Of a stretch of 35,930 bases of DNA, positions 1-10,410 are shown piece after piece. The position numbers were made by a program, and so were the translations under genes. The notes under the pieces were generated by a model. The model ran no database searches, was not told where the DNA came from, and saw nothing but the letters and a program-made list of their open reading frames with translations. Every line of letters starts with the position of its first letter. The first letter of the stretch is position 1. Origin of the DNA: a virus (taxonomy: Duplodnaviria; Heunggongvirae; Uroviricota; Caudoviricetes). The stretch lies in the IMG/VR virus record IMGVR_UViG_2671180986_000014; one strand, given 5' to 3'.

Positions 1-996
1 CTAACGAACCAGCCAGACCAGCATCAGGATAATCGCGACTAACAGTATCCACAGCGCGGGACGCGTTGCCATATTTTGCAACGTGTCCATCATCGGTGGA
101 AAAGGATTAAGCAGCGGTTGCATATCACGCGGATCAATCCCTTTAACCCGCCGTTGATAAAGCTGATTAAGAATATCCTCGGCCTGGGCAGAAGAAAGCG
201 ATGATTGCGCAGAAAGACCATATTTTTGCTGGATATACGCCGATAACGCTGCCAGTTCACTGGCATCTAAAGGTTGTTTTAGCGCCATCTGTAGTGATTC
301 CAGCGTCGGCGTATTTTGCTGGCTTAACGTCTGGCGCGCCTGCAACCAGGTCACCAGATGGTTAAACAGTTTCGCTGGAATTAACTCGCCATCGTTCACC
401 CCGGAAAGTTCCAGCATCGATTGCCAGATCTGTTTGCTGGGTTCCCCCGTTGCCGCCGCAAGTTTGGTCACCAGCTGTTTTAGCGCATTGTGCTCCGCCG
501 GTAATAAAGGACGGTCGGTCGCCTCGCGCTGCTGTGGTTGCGGAATAACCATCTTCCCTTCCTGCAACAGGGTGAGAATGGTTTTTAATTGCTCCGGTGA
601 GAGCTGATTCAGCGGCGTCTGACCAAAGTTATGACGGATATAATCCGTGACCGCCTGACGATTATTCCCCAGACGTAAATACTCCCCTAATTGCGCTAAA
701 AGCTGGCGGGCAGAATGGCTTTTTTGCGCGGCCAGCAGACGTTGCGCCAGATTATGCTCAGCGGCAGGGAAGTGACGCGAAAGCAGCGGTGAATCTCCCG
801 ACAGACCAATATCGTGCCTGATACCCGCCCACAGTTCTGCTCTTTGTTGTTGCGTCAGTGAGGTCACTTTCGTCATTAAGCTTTCCAGCGAAGTACGTTG
901 CTGACTGGATAAAGGCTGATTGCCCGCGCCAGACGGCAGGTTATCTCCCTGACCTGGTGGTTGCCCAGGAGGAGGGCCGGAAATAGGTTGTATCAT
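1..996 (-). CDS. flk: flagellar regulator Flk (host gene, complete)
   Basis: 331-aa ORF, ATG at 994-996, TAG at 1-3; Pro/Gln-rich N-terminus and hydrophobic C-terminal anchor match enterobacterial Flk as I recall it. Confidence 0.85.
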   Translation of the reverse strand: MIQPISGPPPGQPPGQGDNLPSGAGNQPLSSQQRTSLESLMTKVTSLTQQQRAELWAGIRHDIGLSGDSPLLSRHFPAAEHNLAQRLLAAQKSHSARQLLAQLGEYLRLGNNRQAVTDYIRHNFGQTPLNQLSPEQLKTILTLLQEGKMVIPQPQQREATDRPLLPAEHNALKQLVTKLAAATGEPSKQIWQSMLELSGVNDGELIPAKLFNHLVTWLQARQTLSQQNTPTLESLQMALKQPLDASELAALSAYIQQKYGLSAQSSLSSAQAEDILNQLYQRRVKGIDPRDMQPLLNPFPPMMDTLQNMATRPALWILLVAIILMLVWLVR

Positions 997-1195
997 TACG
1001 TATCCTTATACCTGAAATCTTCGCAAGTATGCCTGGCCGCGAGATTATGGCACACTTGTCCGGTTAACTCTCGTCTCATACAGGTAACACAAACGTGAAA
1101 ATCCTTGTTGATGAAAAAAACAAAGATTTAATTTCTTGATATAAAAGGATTTGTATCAGCGTATGTCCACGCAGTGACCACATTTTCGAGAGGTA

Positions 1196-1228
1196 GAGTA
1201 AGCCCGCAACATTGCGGGCTTTGTCTTA
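1196..1228. terminator. GC-rich hairpin (gcccgc / gcgggc) with T-tract on the plus strand, immediately 3' of the methyltransferase stop
   Basis: inverted repeat 1202-1219 followed by tttgtctt; the U-tract is better on the plus strand than on the minus strand. Confidence 0.4.
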
Positions 1229-2017
1229 TGGTTCGATCGCCGTTTTGAGCCGTTGTGTTGCTACATCAAAATAATGATCACTGGTTTCTATACCAATAAA
1301 TTTGCGTCCTGCTTTCAGTGCTGCAACACCCGTTGTTCCCGATCCCATAAAAGGATCAAGGACTGTTCCACCACTATTCGCAGTTCTGACCAGTTCTGCC
1401 ATAAGTACTTCTGGTTTTCCGGTCGGGTGCATTTTCTTTGATGGGATAACCGGGAACGTCATGCAGCCGTCGAACGGTCCCGAAGGCGATTTACCTAAAT
1501 GGCCTTTACTGCCCCAGACGATGTATTCGCACTGATGCCGGAAATACCCCGTATGGGGTGTTCGTGACCCCCTTCCTTTGTTCCACGCAATGATGCCGCG
1601 CCATGTAAAGCCACTGGCCTGAAACGCATCGGTTAAAGCAGGCAGTTGTCGCCAGTCAGTAAATACCAGGGCATAACCACCCGGCCTGACTGCGCGGTGT
1701 GCCTGTGCCATCCATAATTGTGTCCAGTAAGCCCACGAACGGGCATCCATATTTTCACCCGCAAATCCATCAAAGCGGTGAAGGCTCTCGCTGTTCAGAT
1801 ATTTTGCGTGGCTGCCCTGGTTGGTGCGTCCGGCCTTGTGTGTCGCGCCCGAACTGTAAGGCGGGTCAGTGATTAAGGCATCAATACTTTCTGGCTCAAT
1901 CAGCGGCAATATTTCCAGTGCATTCCCACGACAGAGCGTGGCATTGTCAGTCTGATAAACCTTAGTGTGTTCCGGTGTATGTGCTGGTTGGTGCTGGATT
2001 GCGATCCCCACGGTCAT
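1226..2017 (-). CDS. DNA methyltransferase, beta-class N6-adenine/N4-cytosine type (DPPY motif N-terminal, FxGxG AdoMet motif C-terminal); prophage cargo
   Basis: 263-aa ORF; motifs ITDPPYS and DPFMGSGTTGVAA read directly; GAGGAG ribosome-binding site before ATG at 2015-2017. Confidence 0.85.
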   Translation of the reverse strand: MTVGIAIQHQPAHTPEHTKVYQTDNATLCRGNALEILPLIEPESIDALITDPPYSSGATHKAGRTNQGSHAKYLNSESLHRFDGFAGENMDARSWAYWTQLWMAQAHRAVRPGGYALVFTDWRQLPALTDAFQASGFTWRGIIAWNKGRGSRTPHTGYFRHQCEYIVWGSKGHLGKSPSGPFDGCMTFPVIPSKKMHPTGKPEVLMAELVRTANSGGTVLDPFMGSGTTGVAALKAGRKFIGIETSDHYFDVATQRLKTAIEP

Positions 2018-2159
2018 AGCTCCTCATGTGTGTGGGGGGCTCAATGGCTCTCGTTATCTGGTTAAGTGTTTTGCAGCGCGGACATTTTATTTCAATGTAG
2101 TGAAATGAGGCGCGGGCAAGTAGTTTGTTGCAATTTTTGCATCGTACATTTTGCGTCAT
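1962..2159 (-). CDS. Com-like zinc-finger protein (homolog of phage Mu Com translational activator); 3' end overlaps the methyltransferase start by 56 nt
   Basis: 65 aa from ATG at 2157-2159 (track start 2168 is GTG); RCKNCNKLL...HYIEIKCPRCK resembles Mu Com as recalled; AGAGGTG ribosome-binding site. Confidence 0.65.
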   Translation of the reverse strand: MTQNVRCKNCNKLLARASFHYIEIKCPRCKTLNQITRAIEPPTHMRSYDRGDRNPAPTSTYTGTH

Positions 2160-2203
2160 TTGCGGCACCTCTTGTGTGGTTACTGCTGCCGATATGATAG
2201 CAA

Positions 2204-2245
2204 ATCGATCGTTTTTATCGATCGGATTTATTGCATTGATCTATC
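2204..2245. promoter_or_regulatory. cluster of three GATC (Dam) sites within 35 bp, 48-82 bp upstream of the com-like start codon; candidate methylation-sensitive control region
   Basis: GATC at 2207-2210, 2220-2223, 2238-2241, embedded in an imperfect palindrome around atcgatcg. Confidence 0.35.
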
Positions 2246-2380
2246 ATTCCTATTGCTTATGAATAGTGTCACCCTCATTTGTGAGGGCGACAAAAAGAAA
2301 ACCCGCAGTTTTTACGCTGCGGGTTTGTTGTTCATGTCTGTGAGATAGGGTGCCGTTTCGACCAACCTTAGCAACCGATT

Positions 2381-2437
2381 GACGGGGAAGTTGACTTCCC
2401 CGTCGCGGTTCCTTACAGTGTAGACTTACACTGTAAG
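2381..2437. repeat. two adjacent perfect hairpins (9-bp arms 2381-2404; 11-bp arms 2412-2437) between ogr and the com promoter region
   Basis: gacggggaa/ttccccgtc and cttacagtgta/tacactgtaag read directly. Confidence 0.5.
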
Positions 2438-2750
2438 AATGCCGCAATTTCCGTGCCTGCAAACCTGAATCGCAACTCACAAGGTGATGTGTGGAGGATC
2501 CAGATTATCGCTACTGCGGTTAAACACAGTAGCAAGGTTTTTAACGGAATTTGCGTCATAGCGCTTGCTCCTTTGCTGGAGAGGCGCTAACCTTCTACTT
2601 GCTGAGGGTAGATGGTCAGGGCCTCGGGTTAACATTAAAGTTGACTCGGGGCCTTTCCACATCTGGCCTTCGGGTATTCCCTCCAGCCATCAGCCGAAAG
2701 GCACCCGCGCGTAATCTATCGCTTTTTTGTTACTCCGGCAATTCTGCCTG

Positions 2751-3011
2751 TTAATTCTGAGGGAAAGGCAAACTCATCTGATTGTTTCCCCTGTGTGAAG
2801 CTGGCAGCTCATGCCACGGGATACCTTCTGATGAGTGAACGCCGGAGGCGTGTTTCGATGTGAATTTATGGAAAGCTTCCAGTGTTGAGAAGCATACGCC
2901 GCATTCCAGGTTGTTACACTGGTAATACTTTTGCCGCACGGTGTTTGAATCATTTTCCGGACGACTGGTGCGGATACGGGCAGATGCGCCACAAAGCGGA
3001 CAACGGAACAT
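2751..3011 (-). CDS. ogr: Ogr/Delta-family zinc-finger late-gene transcriptional activator
   Basis: 86-aa ORF starting MFRCPLCG with a four-Cys arrangement like P2 Ogr; AGGGAGG ribosome-binding site; sits beside D as in P2. Confidence 0.85.
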   Translation of the reverse strand: MFRCPLCGASARIRTSRPENDSNTVRQKYYQCNNLECGVCFSTLEAFHKFTSKHASGVHSSEGIPWHELPASHRGNNQMSLPFPQN

Positions 3012-3053
3012 AGCGACCTCCCTTAACGTGGTGCTGTCGCTATTCTAAGTTCC

Positions 3054-4267
3054 TCACTCTGTTTCCGCTATCCATTCCGGGATTTTTGCCTCAAGCTCAA
3101 GCTGTGTGGTAAAGCCGCTGTTATCAATGGTGTGCCCGGCTTTTGCAATAATCCAGTCCTGATTATCGATGTCACTTTTGAAGCCTGTCACCGTGCCATG
3201 CATTTCAGGGTAGAGTTCTGCACGTCCACGCGCCAGCGTGATGGAGAAGGATGCGGCTCCGCGTTGTANNNNNNNNNNNNNNNNNNNNNNNNNNNNNNNN
3301 NNNNNNNNNNNNNNNNNNNNNNNNNNNNNNNNNNNNNNNNNNNNNNNNNNNNNNNNNNNNNNNNNNNNNNNNNNNNNNNNNNNNNNNNNNNNNNNNNNNN
3401 NNNNNNNNNNNNNNNNNNNNNNNNNNNNNNNNNNNNNNNNNNNNNNNNNNNNNNNNNNNNNNNNNNNNNNNNNNNNNNNNNNNNNNNNNNNNNNNNNNNN
3501 NNNNNNNNNNNNNNNNNNNNNNNNNNNNNNNNNNNNNNNNNNNNNNNNNNNNNNNNNNNNNNNNNNNNNNNNNNNNNNNNNNNNNNNNNNNNNNNNNNNN
3601 NNNNNNNNNNNNNNNNNNNNNNNNNNNNNNNNNNNNNNNNNNNNNNNNNNNNNNNNNNNNNNNNNNNNNGCGCGTTCACGCCACCGCCTGGCATAATGAA
3701 TAACAGATTACCGCTTTTTACCGTGGTGACTGCGCCCAGCATTTCCGCCATGCGCGTAAGGAAGGACATGTCGCTTTCTTCAGTCTGGTCGGCGTGGTCG
3801 ATTTCGATATCCATCAGCATTTCGCTGATTTGCGGTTTCAGACCGTACCGGTGAGCGATGGCGGATACCACACGCTCAATGGTCACATCATGCCAGGACA
3901 CCTCACGTTTAACGTTAAATTCATCCCGAAAATCTGCGCTTCTGGCTGAAACAGTCAGCCTGTCCGGCGGTCCTTCGTGAGCGATTTCATCAACAATATA
4001 AGTGCCTTTTTCTGTCAGTGGTTCTCCTTTCCAGCCAATGAGAACCGTCAGGCGCGCGCCCCGTGGTGGTAGCTGCAACTGACCATCTGCATCATCCAGC
4101 GTGATGGTGAGCTGGTCCGCTTCAAATCCCCGGTTGTCGGTCAGTGACAGGCTCATCAGTCGCTCTGTCACGTCGGGCAGTGTTTCACCTTCCGCGAGAA
4201 TATCAAAATCCGGCATTTTCACGGGGTCTGGGCCCTGACTGAGCAATTGCATGGTGGTGTCGGTCAT
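3054..4267 (-). CDS. D: tail protein D (late control D family); interior masked by 401 N
   Basis: N-terminus from ATG 4265-4267 (AGGGAGG ribosome-binding site); true C-terminus found in a different frame from the track, ending ...PEWIAETE with TGA at 3054-3056. Confidence 0.8.
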
Positions 4268-4424
4268 CTGTTCCCTCCCTGTGCGGCATGGTCGCATGTG
4301 CGTGCGGAGGGGGTTACTGCTTTTTGTTGTCGCCGTGGCGGGAGAACGGCGCAGGGGTGAGATTACGCGCGTGGTGGGTGATGATTGTTGCCGAATCATT
4401 TAACGGATACAAGGGGCTGAAGCT

Positions 4425-5609
4425 ATGAGTGAAACTCGTTTTCATGGTGCCCGTGTTACGGAAAGTACCAACCTGGTAACAGCGATTAATGATGTTGATT
4501 CCAGTGTTATCGGTATCGTGGCAACGGCGGATGATGCGGACGCGGAGCTGTTCCCGCTGAACAAGCCCACACTGCTGACCCGCGTCAATGACGTGCTGGG
4601 AAAATGCGGAACAACGGGGACGCTTTATCGTGCGCTTAAGGCCATCGCAGACCAGGTGAGCACAAAGGTGATCGTCGTTCGCGTGGCTGAACACAAAGAA
4701 GAAGACGGAAAAACGCAGGATCAACTGGTTATCGGTGGTTCTGAATCTGACGGCAGCTATACGGGGATGTATGCGCTGCTTGTTGCAGAGCAGGATGAAA
4801 GCATCGGATACCGTCCGCGTATTCTGGCCGCGCCGGAGCTGGACACGGAGGCGGTAACAAAATCCCTGTGCGTGATTGCAGGTAAACTGCGCGCGTTTGT
4901 GTATGCCTCATGTCACGGCTGTAACACGATGGCTGAGGCGATTACCTACCGCCAGAAATTCAACGAACGTGAGGTGATGCTCTTATGGCCGGACTTCATC
5001 GCCTGGAACCCGAAAAGTGGCAAAAACGAAACGTTCCCCGCGCCTGCCTATGCGTGCGGCCTTCGTGCGTACATTGACCATGAGCAGGGCTGGCACAAAT
5101 CATTGTCCAACGTTCCGGTTAAAAATGTGCTGGGGATGTCGAGGCATGTGTTCTGGTCGTTGCAGGCCGAAGACAGCGATGCCAACAGCCTCAACAACAA
5201 AGAAATCACGACCATTATTCGTCGTAACGGGTTCCGCTTCTGGGGCAACCGCACACCGGAAACGAACGCCTACATCTTTGAGGTGTATACCCGAACCGCA
5301 CAGGTGCTGGCTGATTCAATTGTGGAAGCGCAGTTTGAAACCATCGACAGTCCACTGACGCCTGCGAACGTGAAGGATGTTATCAGTGCCATCAGGGCAA
5401 GACTGGATTCACTGGTGACTGCCGGGAAACTGATTGGGGCGTCGTGCTGGTATGACGTGGTGGATAACGGCACCACGGATTTACGTCAGGGGCGCGTGCG
5501 TATTCGCTACAAATATACGCCCGTTCCGCCACTGGAAGATATGGAGCTTTACCAGACGTTTACTGATGAATTCTTTGGTCCCGCATTTGCGGTGCTGGGA
5601 GGTGTCTGA
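4425..5609 (+). CDS. FI: contractile tail sheath protein FI
   Basis: 394-aa ORF with P2 FI-like motifs (KLRAF, RELM..WPDF, IRRNGFRFWGNRT, YKYTPVPPLE); AAGGGG ribosome-binding site. Confidence 0.9.
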   Translation: MSETRFHGARVTESTNLVTAINDVDSSVIGIVATADDADAELFPLNKPTLLTRVNDVLGKCGTTGTLYRALKAIADQVSTKVIVVRVAEHKEEDGKTQDQLVIGGSESDGSYTGMYALLVAEQDESIGYRPRILAAPELDTEAVTKSLCVIAGKLRAFVYASCHGCNTMAEAITYRQKFNEREVMLLWPDFIAWNPKSGKNETFPAPAYACGLRAYIDHEQGWHKSLSNVPVKNVLGMSRHVFWSLQAEDSDANSLNNKEITTIIRRNGFRFWGNRTPETNAYIFEVYTRTAQVLADSIVEAQFETIDSPLTPANVKDVISAIRARLDSLVTAGKLIGASCWYDVVDNGTTDLRQGRVRIRYKYTPVPPLEDMELYQTFTDEFFGPAFAVLGGV

Positions 5610-6121
5610 TGGCTGTACCAAAAAATCTTCGTTTTTTTACGCTGTTTGTGGATGGTGAAAACGAAGTGGGTAAGGTGACGTCCGTCACTCTGCCTAAACT
5701 GACGCGCAAAACCGACAGCTACCGGGGTGGTGGCATGATGGGGGCAGTAAGTATTGATCTCGGCCTGGACGACTCCGCGCTTGATGCGAGCTTTGTCATG
5801 GGGGGCGCAGTTCGTGAGTTGTTCCTGAAGTATGGCGGCACGATTGACGGTACGCTGCTGCGTTTTGCGGGTGAATACTACACCGACGCTGAAAGCGACC
5901 TGTATGAAGTCGAAATGCGCGGACGTGTGACGGAAATTGATATGGGGGAAGCCAAACAGGGTGAGGCCACATCACACACTTACGCCATTAAAAACACCTA
6001 CTACAAGCTGAGTGTTAACGATCGCCCGTTGTGGGAGATTGACCTGCTGAACTTCATTTACCGGAAGGACGGCAGGGACATTGTGCCCGATCGCATCCGT
6101 TCCGCGCTCGGGCTTGGCTGA
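5609..6121 (+). CDS. FII: tail tube protein FII
   Basis: 170-aa ORF; start overlaps FI stop (TGATG); LPKLTRK...YRGGGM and FAGEYY resemble P2 FII. Confidence 0.9.
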   Translation: MAVPKNLRFFTLFVDGENEVGKVTSVTLPKLTRKTDSYRGGGMMGAVSIDLGLDDSALDASFVMGGAVRELFLKYGGTIDGTLLRFAGEYYTDAESDLYEVEMRGRVTEIDMGEAKQGEATSHTYAIKNTYYKLSVNDRPLWEIDLLNFIYRKDGRDIVPDRIRSALGLG

Positions 6122-6175
6122 TAAGTAATATGCAGGCGGCGCAGTGCGTCGCCTCTGACTGAAAGGAGTTTCCTG

Positions 6176-6614
6176 ATGAAAGAGACGAAAAACATCGATA
6201 CCGAAAACACGGTAGTTACTGACACTGTGAAAGAAACCAGTGAGCGTGGCGTAAAACTTACCCAACCAATTGAGCGAGGCGACGAAAAAANNNNNNNNNN
6301 NNNNNNNNNNNNNNNNNNNCGAAAAAATCACGTATGTGGAGATCTCCGGGGCTATTGAGCAGGCTGGTTCTCTGCGAGATTTGTCGCTGTCTGATGTGCT
6401 GAATCTGAAAGCGGAATCCATGTTTACGCTGCTGTCACGCGTGACATCACCGCGACTGGATGAAGTGACGATCAAAAAAANNNNNNNNNNNNNNNNNNNN
6501 NNNNNNNNNNNNNNNNNNNNNNNNNNNNNNNNNNNNNNNNNNNNNNNNNNNNNNNNNNNNNNNNNNNGCGGTGCGGACTCTGGCGGGAAGAACGAACAGG
6601 CGCCGGAAGCCTGA
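6176..6614 (+). CDS. E: tail assembly chaperone E and frameshift extension E' (two N runs inside; boundaries approximate)
   Basis: AAAGGAG ribosome-binding site and ATG at 6176; A7 run at 6474-6480 at the expected E end is a candidate -1 slip site; a second frame ends at 6612-6614. Confidence 0.65.
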
Positions 6615-6622
6615 TCACGGTT

Positions 6623-9600
6623 GTGTGCTTTGAGCACATAGAAGACTTTGTGGCAGATATTGCCGTTATTTTTAACTGGTCGCCCGCCGAAATCTNNNNN
6701 NNNNNNNNNNNNNNNNNNNNNNNNNNNNNNNNNNNNNNNNNNNNNNNNNNNNNNNNNNNNNNNNNNNNNNNNNNNNNNNNNNNNNNNNNNNNNNNNNNNN
6801 NNNNNNNNNNNNNNNNNNNNNNNNNNNNNNNNNNNNNNNNNNNNNNNNNNNNNNNNNNNNNNNNNNNNNNNNNNNNNNNNNNNNNNNNNNNNNNNNNNNN
6901 NNNNNNNNNNNNNNNNNNNNNNNNNNNNNNNNNNNNNNNNNNNNNNNNNNNNNNNNNNNNNNNNNNNNNNNNNNNNNNNNNNNNNNNNNNNNNNNNNNNN
7001 NNNNNNNNNNNNNNNNNNNNNNNNNNNNNNNNNNNNNNNNNNNNNNNNNNNNNNNNNNNNNNNNNNNNNNNNNNNNNNNNNNNNNNNNNNNNNNNNNNNN
7101 NNNNNNNNNNNNNNNNNNNNNCTTGGCGGAGAGCTGAANNNNNNNNNNNNNNNNNNNNNNNNNNNNNNNNNNNNNNNNNNNNNNNNNNNNNNNNNNNNNN
7201 NNNNNNNNNNNNNNNNNNNNNNNNNNNNNNNNNNNNNNNNNNNNNNNNNNNNNNNNNNNNNNNNNNNNNNNNNNNNNNNNNNNNNNNNNNNNNNNNNNNN
7301 NNNNNNNNNNNNNNNNNNNNNNNNNNNNNNNNNNNNNNNNNNNNNNNNNNNNNNNNNNNNNNNNNNNNNNNNNNNNNNNNNNNNNNNNNNNNNNNNNNNN
7401 NNNNNNNNNNNNNNNNNNNNNNNNNNNNNNNNNNNNNNNNNNNNNNNNNNNNNNNNNNNNNNNNNNNNNNNNNNNNNNNNNNNNNNNNNNNNNNNNNNNN
7501 NNNNNNNNNNNNNNAAAACTTGGCTCTGAAACGCAGTTCACCGCAGGCGATGCCGCCAGTGGACAGGCATTTCTTTCAATGGCTGGCTTCACACCGCAGG
7601 CCATTCAGGCTGCGCTTCCCGGCGTGCTGAGCATGGCAACGGCTGGCGGTATGGACCTCGGCGAGACGGCAGATATTGGTTCCAATATCCTGACGCAGTT
7701 CGGCCTTTCTGCTGACCAGATGGACCGGGTCGGTGACACACTTACCGCAGCGTTTACCCGTACCAACACTGACCTTCGCGCACTGGGCGAAACCATGAAA
7801 TATGCAGGTCCGGTGGCGGGTAAGCTGGGAATATCGCTGGAGCAGGCCGCAGCGATGGCGGGCGTGCTGGCGAAGATGGGTATCAGGGGGAGTGATGCAG
7901 GTACAGCGTTGCGTAAAAGCCTGGCCAATCTGTCATCACCGCCAAAGGCAGCGGCAGAAGCACTGAAAGAGCTGGGGGTGTCAGTTGCTGACGCCAAAGG
8001 CAAAATGCGCCCGATGGAGAATGTGCTGGCCGATCTCTATAAAGCCACCCGCAAATACGGGGAGGTTGACCGGGTATCGTTCTTTAAGGACATTGCCGGA
8101 GAAGAGGCTTTCACATCATTTATGGGCCTCGTTGATGCGGCAGGTGACGGCTTCTTAGCCAAACTGAGAAAAGAACTTGAAGGCGCGCGCGGTGAGGCAG
8201 AACGCACGGCAAAGGTTATGGCCAATAACCTTGATGGCGACCTGAAATCACTCGGCAGTGCATGGGAAGGTCTGCGTATTCGCATCAGTGATCTGGTTGA
8301 CGGTCCGCTGCGTTCTGTCACGCAGTGGCTCACGCGGGTTGTCTCAAAGGTGACGGCGCTGGCGCAGGCCCACCCGGCACTGACGCGCCAGTTACTGATA
8401 GCGGGAGGCGCACTGCTGGCGACAACAGCAACGGTTGGTTCGTTGTCTCTGGTTATTGGGGTGCTTCACGGGAAGCTGGCTACGTTGCGTCTCGGTTTTT
8501 CTCTCCTGACCGGATCAATGAATGTTGTCAGGGTTCTGCCTGCATTATGGGGAATGGTGACGGGTTCCGTTTCTTTACTGGGAGGCGCTATCGGGGCGCT
8601 GTTCAGTCCGGTTGGATTGATTGCTGCTGCGTTTGTGGCTGNNNNNNNNNNNNNNNNNNNNNNNNNNNNNNNNNNNNNNNNNNNNNNNNNNNNNNNNNNN
8701 NNNNNNNNNNNNNNNNNNNNNNNNGGTTCTCATCTGGAAATACTGGGATCCCATCAGGGCATTTTTTGCCGGGGTGTTCAGCGGGATTATGGAAAGGCTG
8801 ACCCCGTTGCGCGAAACCTTTGAACGGTTTGGCCCTGTTTTTGATGTCGTGCGCGATGGGATTATTCAGGTCTTTAACTGGTTTAAATCGCTGCTGTCAC
8901 CGATGGAGTCCGGCAAGGAAACGCTGGATAAATGTACCAGTGCTGGCGAGATATTCGGTAACGTTCTTGGTGGCGCGCTACATCTTGTTCTGACGCCTGC
9001 AAAAATGTTGCTGGATACGCTGGCGTGGATACTTGAAAAACTCGGTGTGCTTCCGGATGAAGCGGAAAGGGCGAGAAAGAAAATCGAAGACGCACAGCGT
9101 GCGGCCATTCTTCAGGACAAGGTTGCTCTGTTTCAGGGAGACATTGCGAAAATCAATCCGCCGAAGTCTGCGGAAAATGGCAATGGCACCGGAGGCGATA
9201 AACCCAAAGACAACAAACCGCTCACAGACAGCAATACCGGCACGCTACGCAGACTCAGCAAAATTGCTGATAACACAGGTAAGCTGGTTGATGAGACAAA
9301 AAAACGTATTGGCCCCGGCGATATTGTCTTTAAGAACCTGCCCCGCGCACTTGCTGTTCGTGGGGAGTGGCAGGAGCGGAAGATTGCGCAGGTCAGTAAG
9401 CCTGCTTCCGCAATCAACATCACACCCGTGGTCCCGACTCCGCTGCCTCCGGCGCTGGTCCCTGTTGTTGCGGCCAGCTCCCGCCCGGTGGCGGAGGCCA
9501 TACGATCGCCAGTGGCATCAGTTCCTGCAACTTCCCGTAACCGGGAGCCTGTTGCCTCCGGATTTGGCGGTGAAATTCATGTTCATCTGCATAACGTTGT

Positions 9601-9706
9601 TACGCAGAATCCCCGCGAACTGGCGAAACTGGTCGGTGAAATGGTCAGGGCAGAAATGGAACGGCGCGCCCGTGCCGGGCGTGGCAGTTTTTACGATAAA
9701 GATTGA
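6623..9706 (+). CDS. T: tail tape measure protein T (start uncertain; about 0.9 kb masked)
   Basis: long Ala/Gly-rich ORF with hydrophobic central segments, TGA at 9704-9706; sits between E' and U. Confidence 0.8.
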
Positions 9707-9712
9707 GGAGTT

Positions 9713-10207
9713 ATGGCCATGATGATGATCTACGGCATGTTTGTTTTTGAGCTGCGCACGCTGCCGCATCAGCAGTTACAGCAAAACAAAAGCTGGCGGC
9801 ATGTGAAAAATGAACGCGTTAACCGTTCAGCAAGCTGGCAGTATATCGGTGCAGGTGATGATCGCATCGTTCTTTCTGGTGTGCTTTATCCTGAAATTAC
9901 AGGTGGCGAAGTATCGCTGTCGCTGCTGACCACGCAGGCGTATACAGGACGACCCTGGCCTCTGATTGATGGCGTCGGGCAGATTTACGGCATGTATGTC
10001 CTGACCGGAACGAATACGACCCGTTCCGAGTTTGATCGCTACGGTAAGGCGAAAAAGATAGAATTTTCACTGACCCTTGAACGCTGTGATGAGGATTTGC
10101 GGGAGCGCCTGCAATCCTCATCGTTCAGCGATATGCTGTCCGGCTTCAAAGATAAGGTGACAACATCCATTAACAACGCGGCCAGTTCAGTTAAAGGGCT
10201 GTTCTGA
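9713..10207 (+). CDS. U: tail protein U
   Basis: MMMIYGMFVFELRTLP...SWRH resembles P2 gpU; GAGGAG ribosome-binding site favours ATG at 9719 over 9713. Confidence 0.85.
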   Translation: MAMMMIYGMFVFELRTLPHQQLQQNKSWRHVKNERVNRSASWQYIGAGDDRIVLSGVLYPEITGGEVSLSLLTTQAYTGRPWPLIDGVGQIYGMYVLTGTNTTRSEFDRYGKAKKIEFSLTLERCDEDLRERLQSSSFSDMLSGFKDKVTTSINNAASSVKGLF

Positions 10208-10218
10208 TTTAACACAAT

Positions 10219-10250
10219 AACCGCTAATGGTCAGATTAGCGGTTATTTTG
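10219..10250 (+). terminator. rho-independent terminator after U (10-bp stem, T-tract)
   Basis: aaccgctaat / attagcggtt followed by attttg. Confidence 0.6.
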
Positions 10251-10255
10251 TCAGG

Positions 10256-10408
10256 GATAAAACCCAGCTATGGGACTCACAGCTACGGCTGGGCATCATT
10301 TCCGACGAGAATAAACAAAAATTAACCGAGTGGATGCTCTATGCGCAGAAGGTCGAATCCACAGACACCTCCAGCCTGCCAGTAACATTTCCCGAACAAC
10401 CAGAATGA
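10256..10408 (+). pseudogene. 5'-truncated remnant of a second tail-fibre assembly (tfa) gene, C-terminal ~50 codons only
   Basis: start-less frame ending TGA 10406-10408 encodes ...LTEWMLYAQKVESTDTSSLPVTFPEQPE, parallel to the G C-terminus ...[26 protein letters not shown]. Confidence 0.5.
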
Positions 10409-10410
10409 GA

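Noticed and set aside
1253-1535. Two plus-strand ORFs (62 and 77 aa) inside the methyltransferase gene
   Set aside because: Antisense to a motif-bearing gene, Cys/Ser-rich, no ribosome-binding site.
2250-3011. Short ORFs in the ogr-com spacer and antisense to ogr (2250-2480, 2477-2662, 2551-2754, 2774-2992)
   Set aside because: Overlap hairpin-rich non-coding DNA or the opposite strand of ogr; no translation signals seen.
3132-3854. Plus-strand ORFs reading through the N run inside gene D (3132-3854, 3238-3696, 3251-3703)
   Set aside because: Almost entirely X residues and antisense to a well-supported gene; artefacts of translating masked sequence.
3188-4399. Track version of the D ORF (403 aa, ending ...KCMAR)
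   Set aside because: The frame after the N run is arbitrary; a different frame gives a clean C-terminus ending at 3054 and the start is the internal ATG at 4267 with a strong ribosome-binding site.
4268-4424. Ogr-type late-promoter dyad (TGT-N12-ACA) in the D/FI divergent region and upstream of V
   Set aside because: Scanned by eye and found only near-misses; not confident enough to call a binding site.
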